Assembly (NCBI GenBank): GCA_965215565.1
Contig: CBDCDZ010000004.1
Coordinates: 2,144,001 to 2,208,000, forward strand
Direction: 5' to 3'
DNA from: Trueperaceae bacterium
GTDB lineage: Bacteria > Deinococcota > Deinococci > Deinococcales > Trueperaceae
DNA: 64,000 bases
Under the pieces are notes generated by a model, which was not told where the DNA came from, made no database searches, and worked only from the letters and a program-made list of their open reading frames with translations. This document shows positions 20,208 through 29,848 of the stretch, piece by piece; the stretch's first letter is position 1; every line of letters starts with the position of its first letter. Made by a program: the position numbers and the translations under genes.

Positions 20208-21113
20208 GTGGACGCCATCCAAACTGCCCTCAACGCCACCCTACCCGCCTTCTTCCTCATCGCTTTAGGCGCGTACGCTGATAAACTCTTCCCCGAACTC
20301 CATCTTCCTACCCTTACGCGCCTCACAGTCTACTTCATGATTCCGGCGCTCGTCTTTAACGCGGTGGCAAACACCTCTTTAACCCTCTCGTCGGCGTCCT
20401 TACTCTCGCTCGGGTATCTGCTCTACCTCATTGCACTAGGCGTCGTCTCGGCGCTCGGCTCGGTTGGCTTGAGCGGGGCGCAAACAAGAGGCGTCATCGT
20501 AACGAGTCTCTTTGGCAATACGGGAAATATGGGCTTGCCGATCACACTCTTTGCGTATGGGGAGGCGGGGCTCGAGCGCGCCGTGGTCATCTTCATGCTC
20601 TCGCTCGTACTGATGTTCGTCGTCGGACCAACCGTTTTAGCGGGAAGCGGGGAGAGTTTGCGCTCGAGGCTATTAGACGCGCTCAAGCTGCCGCCGATTT
20701 GGGCGACGCTCGCAGGTCTCGCTTTTACTCTCTTCGCCTGGGAGTTGCCAACGAGCGCAGCAAGAGGTGTGTCCCTCTTAGGTGACGCCGCCATTCCCGT
20801 GATGCTCCTCTCGCTCGGGCTGCAGATGCGCCGCTCGTGGGTGTGGGGCGTGGGGGCGTCGGCGCTCAGAGCGTCAGGGCTGCGGCTCGTCATCGGACCC
20901 TTTATCGCTTACGCGGTGGGCTGGCTCATCGGTTTGCGCGGTTTAGATTTGAATGTACTGACGCTAAGCGCCGCGATGCCCGCCGCTGTCACGATGTTCG
21001 TCGTCGCCGTAGAGGTGAAAGGCGATTACGAAGGGGTGGCGCGGACCGTCGTGGCGACAACGGTTGGTTCACTTGCGGCGATTATGTTGGTGCTCTACCT
21101 CTTGCCGAGTTGA
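20208..21113 (+). CDS. AEC (auxin efflux carrier) family transporter
   Basis: GNTGNMGLP, PPIWA, SAAMPAAV; about 10 TM segments. Confidence 0.9.
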   Translation: MDAIQTALNATLPAFFLIALGAYADKLFPELHLPTLTRLTVYFMIPALVFNAVANTSLTLSSASLLSLGYLLYLIALGVVSALGSVGLSGAQTRGVIVTSLFGNTGNMGLPITLFAYGEAGLERAVVIFMLSLVLMFVVGPTVLAGSGESLRSRLLDALKLPPIWATLAGLAFTLFAWELPTSAARGVSLLGDAAIPVMLLSLGLQMRRSWVWGVGASALRASGLRLVIGPFIAYAVGWLIGLRGLDLNVLTLSAAMPAAVTMFVVAVEVKGDYEGVARTVVATTVGSLAAIMLVLYLLPS

Positions 21114-21122
21114 TCAAAAAAA

Positions 21123-21146
21123 GAAGAGGTGACTTATCACCTCTTC
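21123..21146. terminator. Hairpin terminator between convergent genes
   Basis: GAAGAGGTGA-CTTA-TCACCTCTTC with flanking A-runs. Confidence 0.65.
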
Positions 21147-21164
21147 AAAATATAAGCTTAATTG

Positions 21165-21803
21165 TTAGAGGTTTTGCAACTTCTGATACGCCGCCTCCGC
21201 CCGCTGGCGCACCGCGTCGCTGTTCGAACGCCCGCCCATCATCATATGCATCTCTACGTGGCGGTCCACGTCGCCGAAGATGGAGCCCAAGACCTCGACC
21301 TCTTCGCGGGAGCGCAAGCTCGCGTCGTCGCGAAACATCGTCGTGTAAGCGTACTCGAACTGGCGGTAGTCTATGACGCCTGCTAAGTATTGCTCCAAGA
21401 CTTGCTTGTAAGGACCTAAGTCGCTCGAGCTTTTCTCCACGTTCCCAACAACTTCACCACTCGGCGGCACTTGCTCGAAACCCATGTCAAGCACTTCAGG
21501 CGTAATGTTCCAGTTGTCCACGTCGAAGACCGCTTCGCCCTCTTTGAACAGAATGACTTGCGGCGACTGGTGGACGATGCCTGTACGCTCCGCGATGAGG
21601 TTGCTCGCCGGACGCGCCTCCACCACACGGATGAGCCCGACCATAAGGTCTTCGCGCGGCTCCAGCTTCTCCTGCACAAACCCGAACCCTTGCATCGTCT
21701 TATGGCACGTGCCCGCCTTGAAGATCACGCTGGTGGGGTAGCGCTGCAAAAACGCCTCGGTTGCTTCGGTACTGTCTAAGTTGACCACTCGGTCTCTAAA
21801 CAT
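21165..21803 (-). CDS. YtxJ/BrxC-like monothiol bacilliredoxin with C-terminal helical extension
   Basis: IFKAGTC, RPASNLIAERTGIVHQSPQVILF. Confidence 0.75.
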   Translation of the reverse strand: MFRDRVVNLDSTEATEAFLQRYPTSVIFKAGTCHKTMQGFGFVQEKLEPREDLMVGLIRVVEARPASNLIAERTGIVHQSPQVILFKEGEAVFDVDNWNITPEVLDMGFEQVPPSGEVVGNVEKSSSDLGPYKQVLEQYLAGVIDYRQFEYAYTTMFRDDASLRSREEVEVLGSIFGDVDRHVEMHMMMGGRSNSDAVRQRAEAAYQKLQNL

Positions 21804-21866
21804 AAAAACTCCTTTACTGCCTTCATTTTAAGAAGTGACCTCTTGAGGGTATGTTATGTGGGAAGC

Positions 21867-21969
21867 AGCAATGAGTTGAAAGCAATCCAGTCGAGCTGGA
21901 CGGTACGGTGAGTAACGAGTGCAACCTAAAGGTTTTTCACTTTCAACTCATTGCTCGTTGCTCATTGCT
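21867..21969. repeat. Family B heptamer (GAGCAAT/ATTGCTC) hairpin repeat, carrying a 23-nt insert
   Basis: Homologous to the copies at 29258, 33386, 51765 and 59688. Confidence 0.8.
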
Positions 21970-21978
21970 ATTCCTTTA

Positions 21979-22008
21979 TTGACCTACCCCCCAAAACCTT
22001 GCTACACT
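21979..22008 (+). promoter_or_regulatory. tRNA promoter
   Basis: TTGACC-18nt-TACACT with a TG extension. Confidence 0.65.
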
Positions 22009-22020
22009 CTATTGCTCACA

Positions 22021-22130
22021 TAGGCTCACTGTAGCCACTGAGCTTGTACCACGCAGATATCATCTCTTGATGTGAGAGCTAAGCGATGTTCTACATTGTG
22101 AGATTGGCGCTGACCAGATGATACCTGCTA
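22021..22130 (+). mobile_element. Family A element, copy 4 (in the tRNA leader)
   Basis: TAGGCTCACTG...GCAGATATCATC...CTGACCAGATGATACCTGCTA. Confidence 0.72.
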
Positions 22131-22135
22131 TACCC

Positions 22136-22227
22136 GGAGAGGTGTCCGAGCGGTTTAAGGAGCACGCCTGGAAAGCGTGTGTGTGGGGTAACCTGCACCG
22201 AGGGTTCGAATCCCTCTCTCTCCGCCA
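22136..22227 (+). tRNA. tRNA-Ser(GGA)
   Basis: GGAGAGG acceptor, anticodon arm CACGC-CTGGAAA-GCGTG, long variable arm, GGTTCGAATCC, encoded CCA. Confidence 0.97.
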
Positions 22228-22230
22228 CCC

Positions 22231-22347
22231 TAATAGGTATCACCTACGCAGAGACGCGCTTAGCGGACAGAGCGGCGCGTACACTGAAGGGTGATACCTA
22301 CTTTATTTTACGGTTAGGGATACCCGTGTCGAGGACACAGAGTGCTA
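22231..22347 (-). mobile_element. Diverged family A element, copy 5 (tRNA trailer)
   Basis: TAGGTATCACC...GGTGATACCTA inverted pair (22234-22300). Reverse strand AGGTATCACCCTTCAGTGTACGCG resembles copy 2. Right boundary uncertain. Confidence 0.5.
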
Positions 22348-22391
22348 TCCCAAGCATAGATTATGGAGAGCGTTCGGGGGTTAGTTGAGCG

Positions 22392-23645
22392 CTAACTCCT
22401 GATTTGCCCCTCCCCTTCAATCAGATATTTGTGCGTCACCATCTCCGCTAACCCCATCGGACCCCTCGCGTGGAGTTTCTGCGTCGAGATGCCTATCTCC
22501 GCGCCGAAACCGAAGACGAATCCGTCCGTGAAGCGCGTCGAGGCGTTTACGTAGACCGCCGCCGCGTCTACCTCGTCTCCAAAACGTCGGGCGTTTTCAA
22601 CCGACTTGGTGAGGATGGCTTCGCTGTGCTGAGAGCCGTAGCGGTTGATGTGAGTGATGGCGTCCTCTACGCTGTCTACGACTTTGACGGCTAGCTCGAG
22701 GTCCAAATACTCCGTCTCCCAGTCGGCTTCGGTGGCGGCGCTCGCTCGGGGGTAGAGCCCCTGCGTCCGCTCGCATCCTCTCAGGGTGACGCCGAGTTCG
22801 CTGAGCGCCGAGAGCGCGCTCGGCAAGAACGTCTTCGCCACCTCTTCGTGTACTAAAAGCGTCTCCACGGAGTTGCATACGCCGGGGCGCTGCACCTTCG
22901 CGTTGATGACGATATCTTTCGCGTTCTCCAGGTCTGCCAAAGCGTCCACGAAAATGTGGCAGTTGCCGACGCCCGTCTCGATAACCGGGACTTTGGCGTT
23001 TTGCACGACGTGGTTGATCAGGGACGCGCCGCCACGCGGGATCACCAAATCCACCTTGCCCCTCGCCTCTAAAAGCTCGGTCACGAGCGCCCTGTCGGGC
23101 GAGTCGATGAGTTGAACGGCGTCTTTGGGCAAGCCGGCCTCTGCCAGAGCGCGGCGCATGGTGTCCACGATGACGCGGTTGCTCTCCAGCGCGTTGGCGG
23201 AGCCGCGCAGCACGGCGGCGCTGCCCGCTTTGAGCGCGAGCGTGGCGGCGTCTACGGTCACGTTCGGGCGCGACTCGTAGATCATCCCGATGACGCCGAA
23301 GGGGACCGTGACCTTCTGGACGCGCAGCCCATTGGGGAGCGTCCAGCCGTCCAACACGCGGCGCAAGGGGTCAGGCAGCGCGCCGACGAGGTGGACCGCG
23401 TCGGCGATGTCTTTGAGGCGGGCTCGAGATAACGTCAAGCGGTCGACGAGCGCGTCGGAGGTGCCTTTTCTGCGCTCGGCGGCGACGTCTTTTTCGTTGG
23501 CGCTCAGGATAGCCTCGGCGTGGGTTAGGAGGGCGGCGGCGATACTTTCTAAGGCGGCGTTGCGCTTGGCGCTAGCTAAGCTGCGACTGGCGCGCCTCGA
23601 GCGTTCTAAGAGCGACTCTAGATGGACAGGAGCGGTGAGTGACAT
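22392..23645 (-). CDS. proA: Gamma-glutamyl phosphate reductase
   Basis: IYESRPNVT, IPRGG, CNSVETLL, NASTRFTDG, ISTQKLHARGP; leaderless start MSLTAP. Confidence 0.95.
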   Translation of the reverse strand: MSLTAPVHLESLLERSRRASRSLASAKRNAALESIAAALLTHAEAILSANEKDVAAERRKGTSDALVDRLTLSRARLKDIADAVHLVGALPDPLRRVLDGWTLPNGLRVQKVTVPFGVIGMIYESRPNVTVDAATLALKAGSAAVLRGSANALESNRVIVDTMRRALAEAGLPKDAVQLIDSPDRALVTELLEARGKVDLVIPRGGASLINHVVQNAKVPVIETGVGNCHIFVDALADLENAKDIVINAKVQRPGVCNSVETLLVHEEVAKTFLPSALSALSELGVTLRGCERTQGLYPRASAATEADWETEYLDLELAVKVVDSVEDAITHINRYGSQHSEAILTKSVENARRFGDEVDAAAVYVNASTRFTDGFVFGFGAEIGISTQKLHARGPMGLAEMVTHKYLIEGEGQIRS

Positions 23646-24041
23646 GCTCGAGTATAGCCCAGCGCCCCGGCGCGTTCCAGCCCCCGTAAACGTGGCGGAC
23701 ACGGTACCGGTGCGGCGTTACCGAATCCTCTTTCTAGAACGCCGAAGAGAAGAAGCCCTAAAGCTTAGAGTATTGGCGGACCAGGTGGGAGGTCATGAGG
23801 AGTATTTTTTAGCCTACGCAAATGTCCACTAAGCGAGCGCGCAACGCGCGGGGAGGCCGAGAGCTTCGGAGCGGCTTTCTACTCGTTCGCTCTAAGCACT
23901 CCCTCTTCACCGAAACTCAGTTGATGTGACAAATATAACGCTTTGCGCAATCTCTCACATACTAGGGTAGTAAGTATATCTGTACCTAGAGATGAAGCGC
24001 GCGTAGCGATAATCTAAACGAATTAGAGGCAACGCCACCGC

Positions 24042-25070
24042 GTGCTTGACGAACTGCTTGATAGACGCTTGGACGAAACGCCAGAGAGGAGGAAGAAAGC
24101 CGTGCCGACTGACGCAGCATCTCACATAGAGGCCCGAATGCTCCTCGAGGCGTTCGACGCAGTGCCGCAGCAGATTGCGCTCTTGGACGAAAAGGGCGTC
24201 ATCACCTATGCGAATAGCGCGTGGGAGCGCTTCTCTGAGGAGTGTCCGCCCCTCCACGCGCAGCGCGGCGCGGACTACCTCAACGTGTGCAGAGAGGCGC
24301 GGGGCGCGGATTCGGTGTATGCGGAGCAAATCTACCGGGGTCTTCACGACGTTTTAGAGGGCGCGAGCGAGCAGTTCGTGCTCGAGTACGCCTGCCCCAC
24401 GAGTTCGGGCGAGAAGTGGTTCGTTACGCACATCAAGCCGCTCGAGACGGGCGGCGCGCTCATCTCACACCTGGATATGACGAGCCGCCGACGTTTCGAG
24501 CGGGAGATGGAGCGCGTCGCCTACACCGACGCGCTGACCGGCTTGCCCAACCGCCACGCCTTTTTTGAGCGCGCCGCGCAGATGATCGCCTCGGCGAAAC
24601 GGCACGCCCGCGAGTTACAGCTTCTCTACATCGACCTAAACGGCTTTAAGAGCGTCAACGACGCGCTAGGTCACGACGCGGGCGACCAGCTTCTCGTCGA
24701 AGTGGCGGCGCGTTTCAAGCGGCAGATGAGGGCGAGTGACCTCTTAGCGCGGCTCGGCGGCGACGAGTTCGTCTGCTTACTCGAGGTCCACCCTCACAGC
24801 GGTTATGCGCATAGTGGTTATACCAATAGTATCAAGCAAGTTGCCGAACGCTACGCCGCGTGCCTGGAAGCTCCTTTCAAGCTGGAGCGCGAAGAGGTGC
24901 GCCTAGCTGCGAGCGTCGGCGTCGCGCAGTTTCCGCAAGCGGGCAGCACGCTCCGCACTCTCCTCAAAAAAGCGGACAGCGAAATGTACAGAGACAAGCA
25001 GCAGAGCAAGGTAGGGCGAGAGGTCATGCTAGCCCAGAGGGTCAGCCGCGAGGATTTCAGACTGCGCTGA
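24042..25070 (+). CDS. PAS-GGDEF diguanylate cyclase
   Basis: PAS-like N-terminus, DALTGLPNR, DLNGFKSVND, RLGGDEF. Confidence 0.9.
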   Translation: MLDELLDRRLDETPERRKKAVPTDAASHIEARMLLEAFDAVPQQIALLDEKGVITYANSAWERFSEECPPLHAQRGADYLNVCREARGADSVYAEQIYRGLHDVLEGASEQFVLEYACPTSSGEKWFVTHIKPLETGGALISHLDMTSRRRFEREMERVAYTDALTGLPNRHAFFERAAQMIASAKRHARELQLLYIDLNGFKSVNDALGHDAGDQLLVEVAARFKRQMRASDLLARLGGDEFVCLLEVHPHSGYAHSGYTNSIKQVAERYAACLEAPFKLEREEVRLAASVGVAQFPQAGSTLRTLLKKADSEMYRDKQQSKVGREVMLAQRVSREDFRLR

Positions 25071-25151
25071 GCGCACGCCCGGACCACTTTCACAAAAATT
25101 ACCGCTGTGCACACCCGGAGCAGCAGAGCGGACGAAGCCCTGCTCACCCCT

Positions 25152-26705
25152 TTACTCGAGCGGCTTCGTCCAAGCTCCAGCTAGCATCGTTCCGTCAACG
25201 CTGAAGTCCAGAGTCTCTAGCGGGTTGGCTGAAAGCACCACCACATCCGCGTCGAACGTTCCGCGCAACACCCCCGAACGATGTTCGCGCGAAAGGGCGT
25301 AAGCCGCGCCGGACGTGTAGCCCGCGAGCGCTTGGGCGGGCGTCAGACATTCGGACGGATTGAATACACCGTCTACGCCCGCACGGGTGCAGGCGGCGCG
25401 GAGCCCTAACCTCACGTCGGGGCTCGCGACGGGCGTGTCCGAGCCGAGCGCGAGGTGTGCGCCCGCTTCTAAAAGAGATTTCATGGCGTACGCGCCGCTC
25501 GAACGCTCCGGCAACCACTCACGAATCTGCGGCGCGTCGAAGACGAGGTGATAGGGCTGCAGTGAGGTCACGAGACCCAGCTCGCCCGCGCGCAAGAGGT
25601 CATCGGGGTGGAGGTGTTGGGCGTGCTCGAGCCTCGGTCTGAGCCCCTGCTCCTGCCATTGCGGGCGCGTCCGCTCGAACGCATGGATGACCGTGCGGTT
25701 CGCCGCGTCGCCGATCGCATGAACGACGGGGGTGAGCCCAGCCTCCAAAACAAGGGGTAGGCGCTCCGCCAGAACCTCCGCGTCGTGGACGCTCACACCG
25801 TAGTTGTTCGTATTTGCGTAAGGCTCCAGCACCCACGCCGTCATGCTGCCTAGCGCACCGTCCGCGAAGAACTTCGCGCCGCCCACCATAAAGCGAGACC
25901 CGCCTTGCCCCGTCGCTAGACCGAGCGCGGCAGCGTGTTCGGCGTCCTCTTGCGGGATACACGCCCACACGCGCACCGGAAAGTCCTCGCGGCTCGCTTG
26001 CAGCGCCAACTGCCGCCAATAAGAGGTCGGCTCGTACGCCATGTGGTGAACCGTCGTGATGCCTAAGCGTGCTAAATCTTCCCCGCTCCGCCGGAGCGCG
26101 TCGGCGAGTTCGGCGTCGTTCGGCTCGGGGATGATATCTGAAACCAGGTGCGCCGCCCGCTCTAAGAGCAAGCCGCTCGGCTCGCCGTCCTTTCTCACCA
26201 CCGTGCCGCTCTTAGGGTCAGGCGTGCCCGCGTGGATGCCCGCAAGCTCCAGCGCTCGCGTATTCGCCCAGGCGCTGTGGTGGTCTTGCGACTGCAGAAA
26301 GACGGGGTGGTGCGGCGCGGCGCGGTCTAGCTCGGCTTTGTCTAGGCTCGAGACCCCCCAACGGCTCATGGAGAAGCCGGAGCCCAAAATCCACACGCCG
26401 GTGGGCGACGCTTTAGCGCGTTCCGCGACTCGCGTCATCGCCTCTTCCAGCGTCAGCGTACCTTGTAGATGCAGCCTATCCAACTCTAAGCCGTGCTGCG
26501 TGAGGTGAACGTGGCTATCGTGAAAGCCAGGTAGGAGGCAGCGCCCTTCTAAGTCAATACGCTCAGTGTTTTTATGCGCGAGGTCTAAGACCTCTTCGCC
26601 GCCCACCGCCAAGATGCGCTCGCCGCGCACGGCTAGAGCGCTCGCTTGCGGTTTGTCGGGGTCCATTGTTAACACCGTGCCGTTATAAAAGATGAGGTTG
26701 GGCAT
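25152..26705 (-). CDS. YtcJ-like metal-dependent amidohydrolase
   Basis: PGFHDSHVH, KFFADGALGS, HAIGD, RLEHAQ, GSDTPV. Confidence 0.9.
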   Translation of the reverse strand: MPNLIFYNGTVLTMDPDKPQASALAVRGERILAVGGEEVLDLAHKNTERIDLEGRCLLPGFHDSHVHLTQHGLELDRLHLQGTLTLEEAMTRVAERAKASPTGVWILGSGFSMSRWGVSSLDKAELDRAAPHHPVFLQSQDHHSAWANTRALELAGIHAGTPDPKSGTVVRKDGEPSGLLLERAAHLVSDIIPEPNDAELADALRRSGEDLARLGITTVHHMAYEPTSYWRQLALQASREDFPVRVWACIPQEDAEHAAALGLATGQGGSRFMVGGAKFFADGALGSMTAWVLEPYANTNNYGVSVHDAEVLAERLPLVLEAGLTPVVHAIGDAANRTVIHAFERTRPQWQEQGLRPRLEHAQHLHPDDLLRAGELGLVTSLQPYHLVFDAPQIREWLPERSSGAYAMKSLLEAGAHLALGSDTPVASPDVRLGLRAACTRAGVDGVFNPSECLTPAQALAGYTSGAAYALSREHRSGVLRGTFDADVVVLSANPLETLDFSVDGTMLAGAWTKPLE

Positions 26706-26720
26706 TAGATAAACGCGGCG

Positions 26721-27512
26721 CTACTCGCCCTTGAAGTTGGGCGCACGCTTCTCTCTAAACGCGCTCACCCCTTCGCGCACGTCGGCGGTATTCGAGGCGA
26801 CCTCTTGGAGTTTCGCCTCGAGCCCAAGCTGCGCCTCCAAGCCCTGATGCGCCGAGGCGTTCAGTTCCTCTTTCACCATAGCGAAGGCTTTCGTTGGACC
26901 TTGTGCCAAGCGCTGCGTCAGCTCCCACGCGGTCTGCGCGAAGTCCTCCGCCGGAACGATCTGCTCGCCTAAACCTAAGCTGAGCGCCTCCTCTGCGCCC
27001 ACCTTCCGCCCGCTATAGGTGAGTTCAAAGGCGCGTCCTCTGCCGACTAAACGCGGCAAGAAGTAGCTCGCCGAGGCGTCCATCACCAGACCGATGCCCG
27101 TAAAGCCCACCGCGAAAGCGGCGGAGGACGAAAGCAGGCGCGTGTCACAAGCGAGCGCCAGAGACATCCCCGCGCCCGCCGCCACGCCGTTGACGCCTGC
27201 GATAACAGGTTTGGGCATCGTCGCAATCGCCCTCACGACGGGGTTGTAGTAGGTCTCGATGAGGTCTTCGAAGTGGCCGTCTAGCGGCGTCGAGGCGAGG
27301 TCTGCGCCCGCCGAGAAGCCGCGCCCTGCGCCCGTGAGGAGAACGGCGCGAACGTCGTCCGCCTCCGCCGCCTCTTGCAAGGCGTCACGTAGTTCGCCCA
27401 AGAGGTCCAAAGAGAGGGCATTGAGCACATCGGGGCGGTTCAGAGTAACGCGCAGCGCGGCGTTTTGGTGGATCAGCTCGAGCGTCTCGACTTTAGGCGG
27501 GGCGTAAGCCAT
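26721..27512 (-). CDS. Enoyl-CoA hydratase/isomerase (PaaG-like)
   Basis: LNRPDVLNA, GRGFSAGADL, GVAAGAGMSLALACD. Confidence 0.9.
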   Translation of the reverse strand: MAYAPPKVETLELIHQNAALRVTLNRPDVLNALSLDLLGELRDALQEAAEADDVRAVLLTGAGRGFSAGADLASTPLDGHFEDLIETYYNPVVRAIATMPKPVIAGVNGVAAGAGMSLALACDTRLLSSSAAFAVGFTGIGLVMDASASYFLPRLVGRGRAFELTYSGRKVGAEEALSLGLGEQIVPAEDFAQTAWELTQRLAQGPTKAFAMVKEELNASAHQGLEAQLGLEAKLQEVASNTADVREGVSAFREKRAPNFKGE

Positions 27513-27907
27513 GAGGGGTCCTTTCGGAAGTGCGAGGTGTTGACGATTTGCGTCTCTTCAACCTGAGGTTCGCGGCGAATGTAGAAGCTGGGAGTAGGAA
27601 GTGAGAAGTTGGAAGGAAAAGCAAAGACCTAAAAGGTCCGCATTGTATAGGTGTCTTCTCGCGTCGCCTCGAGGTCGAATTATTGACGCAATCTAGGCGG
27701 GGTTGACATTTGCGCTTCGAGAAAACTATTTGATTTCGTGACAGACGCGATAAGTGAGAACAGTTCGCAAGCTCCTGACTACTAAATTCTGAATAATGAC
27801 TACTCCCGTGCTAGACGGCAAAAATCGCAACAAATGGGCTAAAGAGTCAATAGAACCTAGCTTTCAGCTTAAAGCCATACCTCTTCAGTGTCCCGTCTGT
27901 GTACCTC

Positions 27908-28237
27908 TTACTTTCGCTGGCTGAGGTCCAAGAGTACGTCGTAATCGTCGGGCATCGCCGCGTCGTCTAGCGCAGCTTTATTGCGCCGCACGTCGCCGCA
28001 TGTTTGACACTCGTGGACGATAATCCAGCCTTTTTTGCCGCTGTAGTCCACGTTGACGGGCTCCAAAATACCGCCGCAGTCACTCGCCCTGTCACCGGGA
28101 AACACGTCTACATGGAGCGAATAGAGGCAGTGCGGGCAGTGGTTGCGGTACGAGCCGTTGGCGAGGGGCGGCACGTCGCGCCCGCAGTGGACGCAGGCGA
28201 AGCCCGTGTTGGTGCCTTGGGCAGTGAAGCGGCGCAT
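27908..28237 (-). CDS. RNHCP domain protein
   Basis: Literal RNHCPHCLYSLHVD...PGDRA. Confidence 0.9.
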   Translation of the reverse strand: MRRFTAQGTNTGFACVHCGRDVPPLANGSYRNHCPHCLYSLHVDVFPGDRASDCGGILEPVNVDYSGKKGWIIVHECQTCGDVRRNKAALDDAAMPDDYDVLLDLSQRK

Positions 28238-28252
28238 AGGGACAGAATACAA

Positions 28253-28327
28253 GAGGAAAGAGGAAAGAGAAAAGGACTAAGGACTGAGAGAAAGGCCCTT
28301 GACCTCAGTCCTTTTCTCTCAGTCCTG
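28253..28327. repeat. Heptamer-based hairpin (GAGGAAA/AGGACTG versus CAGTCCT)
   Basis: AGGACTGAGAGAAAGG pairs with CCTTTTCTCTCAGTCCT. Confidence 0.55.
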
Positions 28328-28336
28328 TCAACTTCT

Positions 28337-29167
28337 CTATGGTGAGGTGCTCTGCAAGGTACCGGTGGTGATGCCGTACTCGAGCGCGGGCTCTTCCTCC
28401 CCTACAAAGATATTTACGGTGCGCTCGAAGCTCGGATTCATCGTGTCGGCGATCTGCGCGGTGACTTGTTGGTTGCCGTTTACGGTATCTGCTAAGTCTA
28501 ATGTGATTAACGCGCCGCAACCGTACTGCGCCAAGAGGTCACGGCTCACCGCGACTTGACGCCAGGGCTGCAAGGGGATGCTGCACGCACCCGACTCGGC
28601 GGTGATGAACGCGAAACCGACACGGTTAAGGTTGACTGCGCCTACCGGGGCAGCTTGTACCTCTTCCGAAGAGGTTGCCACTTCGGTCTGCGTCGCAGCG
28701 TCGCCCGCTTGCGCCTCCTCCGCGCTCACCTCGGCATCTTGCGCAGGCTCAGCGTCTACTTGCGCAGCGTCCTCGCTCGAGCCGCCTTCTGCTTGCGCTG
28801 CGCTATCTGCTGCGCTGCCCTCTACGTCTCCCTCGGCAGACGTACCGGCGCTCGCCTCGTCAGGCGTCACGTCGACCGCGCTGACCTCTTCTGAGAGTGC
28901 CTCTTCGCCGCCGACCTCTTCTGAGGATTCGTTCTGTGCGGTTTCTCCCTGTACAGTTTCTCCGGGTGCTCCGGGCTGCTCCGCCTGGTTCCCCGACGCA
29001 TCCTCTGAAGGAATCACCTCGTCATCCGCAGTTTGCTCCGCGCCCGGCGGGTTGTCCGCCGCCCCGCCACCCCGCATAGGCGCGGCGCTCAGGGCGAGCA
29101 CTAAGATGGCGACGAGCAAGACGCCGATTCCGGCGAGGAGGGCAAGGTCAATCTGACGCTGATTCAT
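28337..29167 (-). CDS. Membrane-anchored protein with acidic linker and C-terminal 3D/DPBB-like domain
   Basis: N-terminal TM, E/A/D-rich linker, VAVSRDLL...IADTM...VNIF...ALEYG, similar to the 60540 protein. Confidence 0.7.
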   Translation of the reverse strand: MNQRQIDLALLAGIGVLLVAILVLALSAAPMRGGGAADNPPGAEQTADDEVIPSEDASGNQAEQPGAPGETVQGETAQNESSEEVGGEEALSEEVSAVDVTPDEASAGTSAEGDVEGSAADSAAQAEGGSSEDAAQVDAEPAQDAEVSAEEAQAGDAATQTEVATSSEEVQAAPVGAVNLNRVGFAFITAESGACSIPLQPWRQVAVSRDLLAQYGCGALITLDLADTVNGNQQVTAQIADTMNPSFERTVNIFVGEEEPALEYGITTGTLQSTSP

Positions 29168-29257
29168 ACCCCTATAGTGAGCTTCTTGGTGTGAGAATGT
29201 CAATATCTTGTAGTGGGTCTGTTTCATGAACGACTTGCGGGGTTACGTCATTATAAA

Positions 29258-29325
29258 GTTGAAAGCAATGAGCAACGAGTGAACCTCTTAAGACTCATTG
29301 CTCGTTGCTCACTCCTCGTCGCTCA
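29258..29325. repeat. Family B heptamer hairpin repeat (no insert)
   Basis: GTTGAAAGCAATGAGCAACGAGT...ACTCATTGCTCGTTGCTC. Confidence 0.8.
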
Positions 29326-29380
29326 AAACAATGTAGCGCCTTCACTTGCACCTCTTCACGTGAACGCTCAGCATAAAGCT

Positions 29381-29581
29381 ATGGATTTTGAAGATGCGAT
29401 GCTCTGGGGAATTGGCGCGGTGGCGCTGCTCTTTATCGGACTCCTCGCGTTCGGCGCGCCGCTCTTTTTGAGCTTGGGGCTCGGCCTACTGGGGGGCGCA
29501 GGGGCGACGTTTTATATGTACAGGCGGGGCAATAAGCCTGAGGTGAAGAAGCGGGACGTAGGCAGCGAGGAGCAAGAGTAA
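29381..29581 (+). CDS. Small membrane protein
   Basis: MDFEDAMLWG, two TM segments, charged tail. Confidence 0.6.
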   Translation: MDFEDAMLWGIGAVALLFIGLLAFGAPLFLSLGLGLLGGAGATFYMYRRGNKPEVKKRDVGSEEQE

Positions 29582-29848
29582 GGCTCGAGCTTCTATTTAT
29601 CCAGCGCAAGTGAACTGGTTTCGGCTCTCGAGTCGCCCTCGCGACTTTTATTGGCAGCTTTTAGAAGTTCTATAGGCGTTAGACATTTTCGGCACTACTA
29701 TCTAGGCGCTCTACACGCCTCCCACGTGCTGCGAACTGTCTGGGTAAGCCTCGAGACGCGCCACCTCTTCGCCCCGTCCTACACTACAGAAAGTGAACAC
29801 TTATAAAGCAAATGCAGTGTCCCAGAGGCATCTTCTCGAGAGGTTGAT

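Noticed and set aside
21867..21969. Heptamer repeats as a CRISPR array
   Set aside because: No constant 25-40-nt repeat with unique spacers, and no cas genes in the window.
22136..22390. Prophage or island integrated at tRNA-Ser
   Set aside because: No integrase and no duplicated tRNA 3' end seen; proA follows directly.
23644..23832. Small plus-strand ORF head-to-head with proA
   Set aside because: It overlaps the proA start and promoter and has no recognisable motif; cannot be supported.
24796..24825. HSGYA-HSGYT duplication in the GGDEF protein as a micro-element
   Set aside because: It is a simple 15-nt tandem duplication with no hairpin or dispersed copies.
27513..27907. Non-coding RNA in the ~400-nt gap upstream of the enoyl-CoA hydratase
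   Set aside because: Only degenerate heptamer runs and possible promoter boxes are visible; no convincing structure or terminator.
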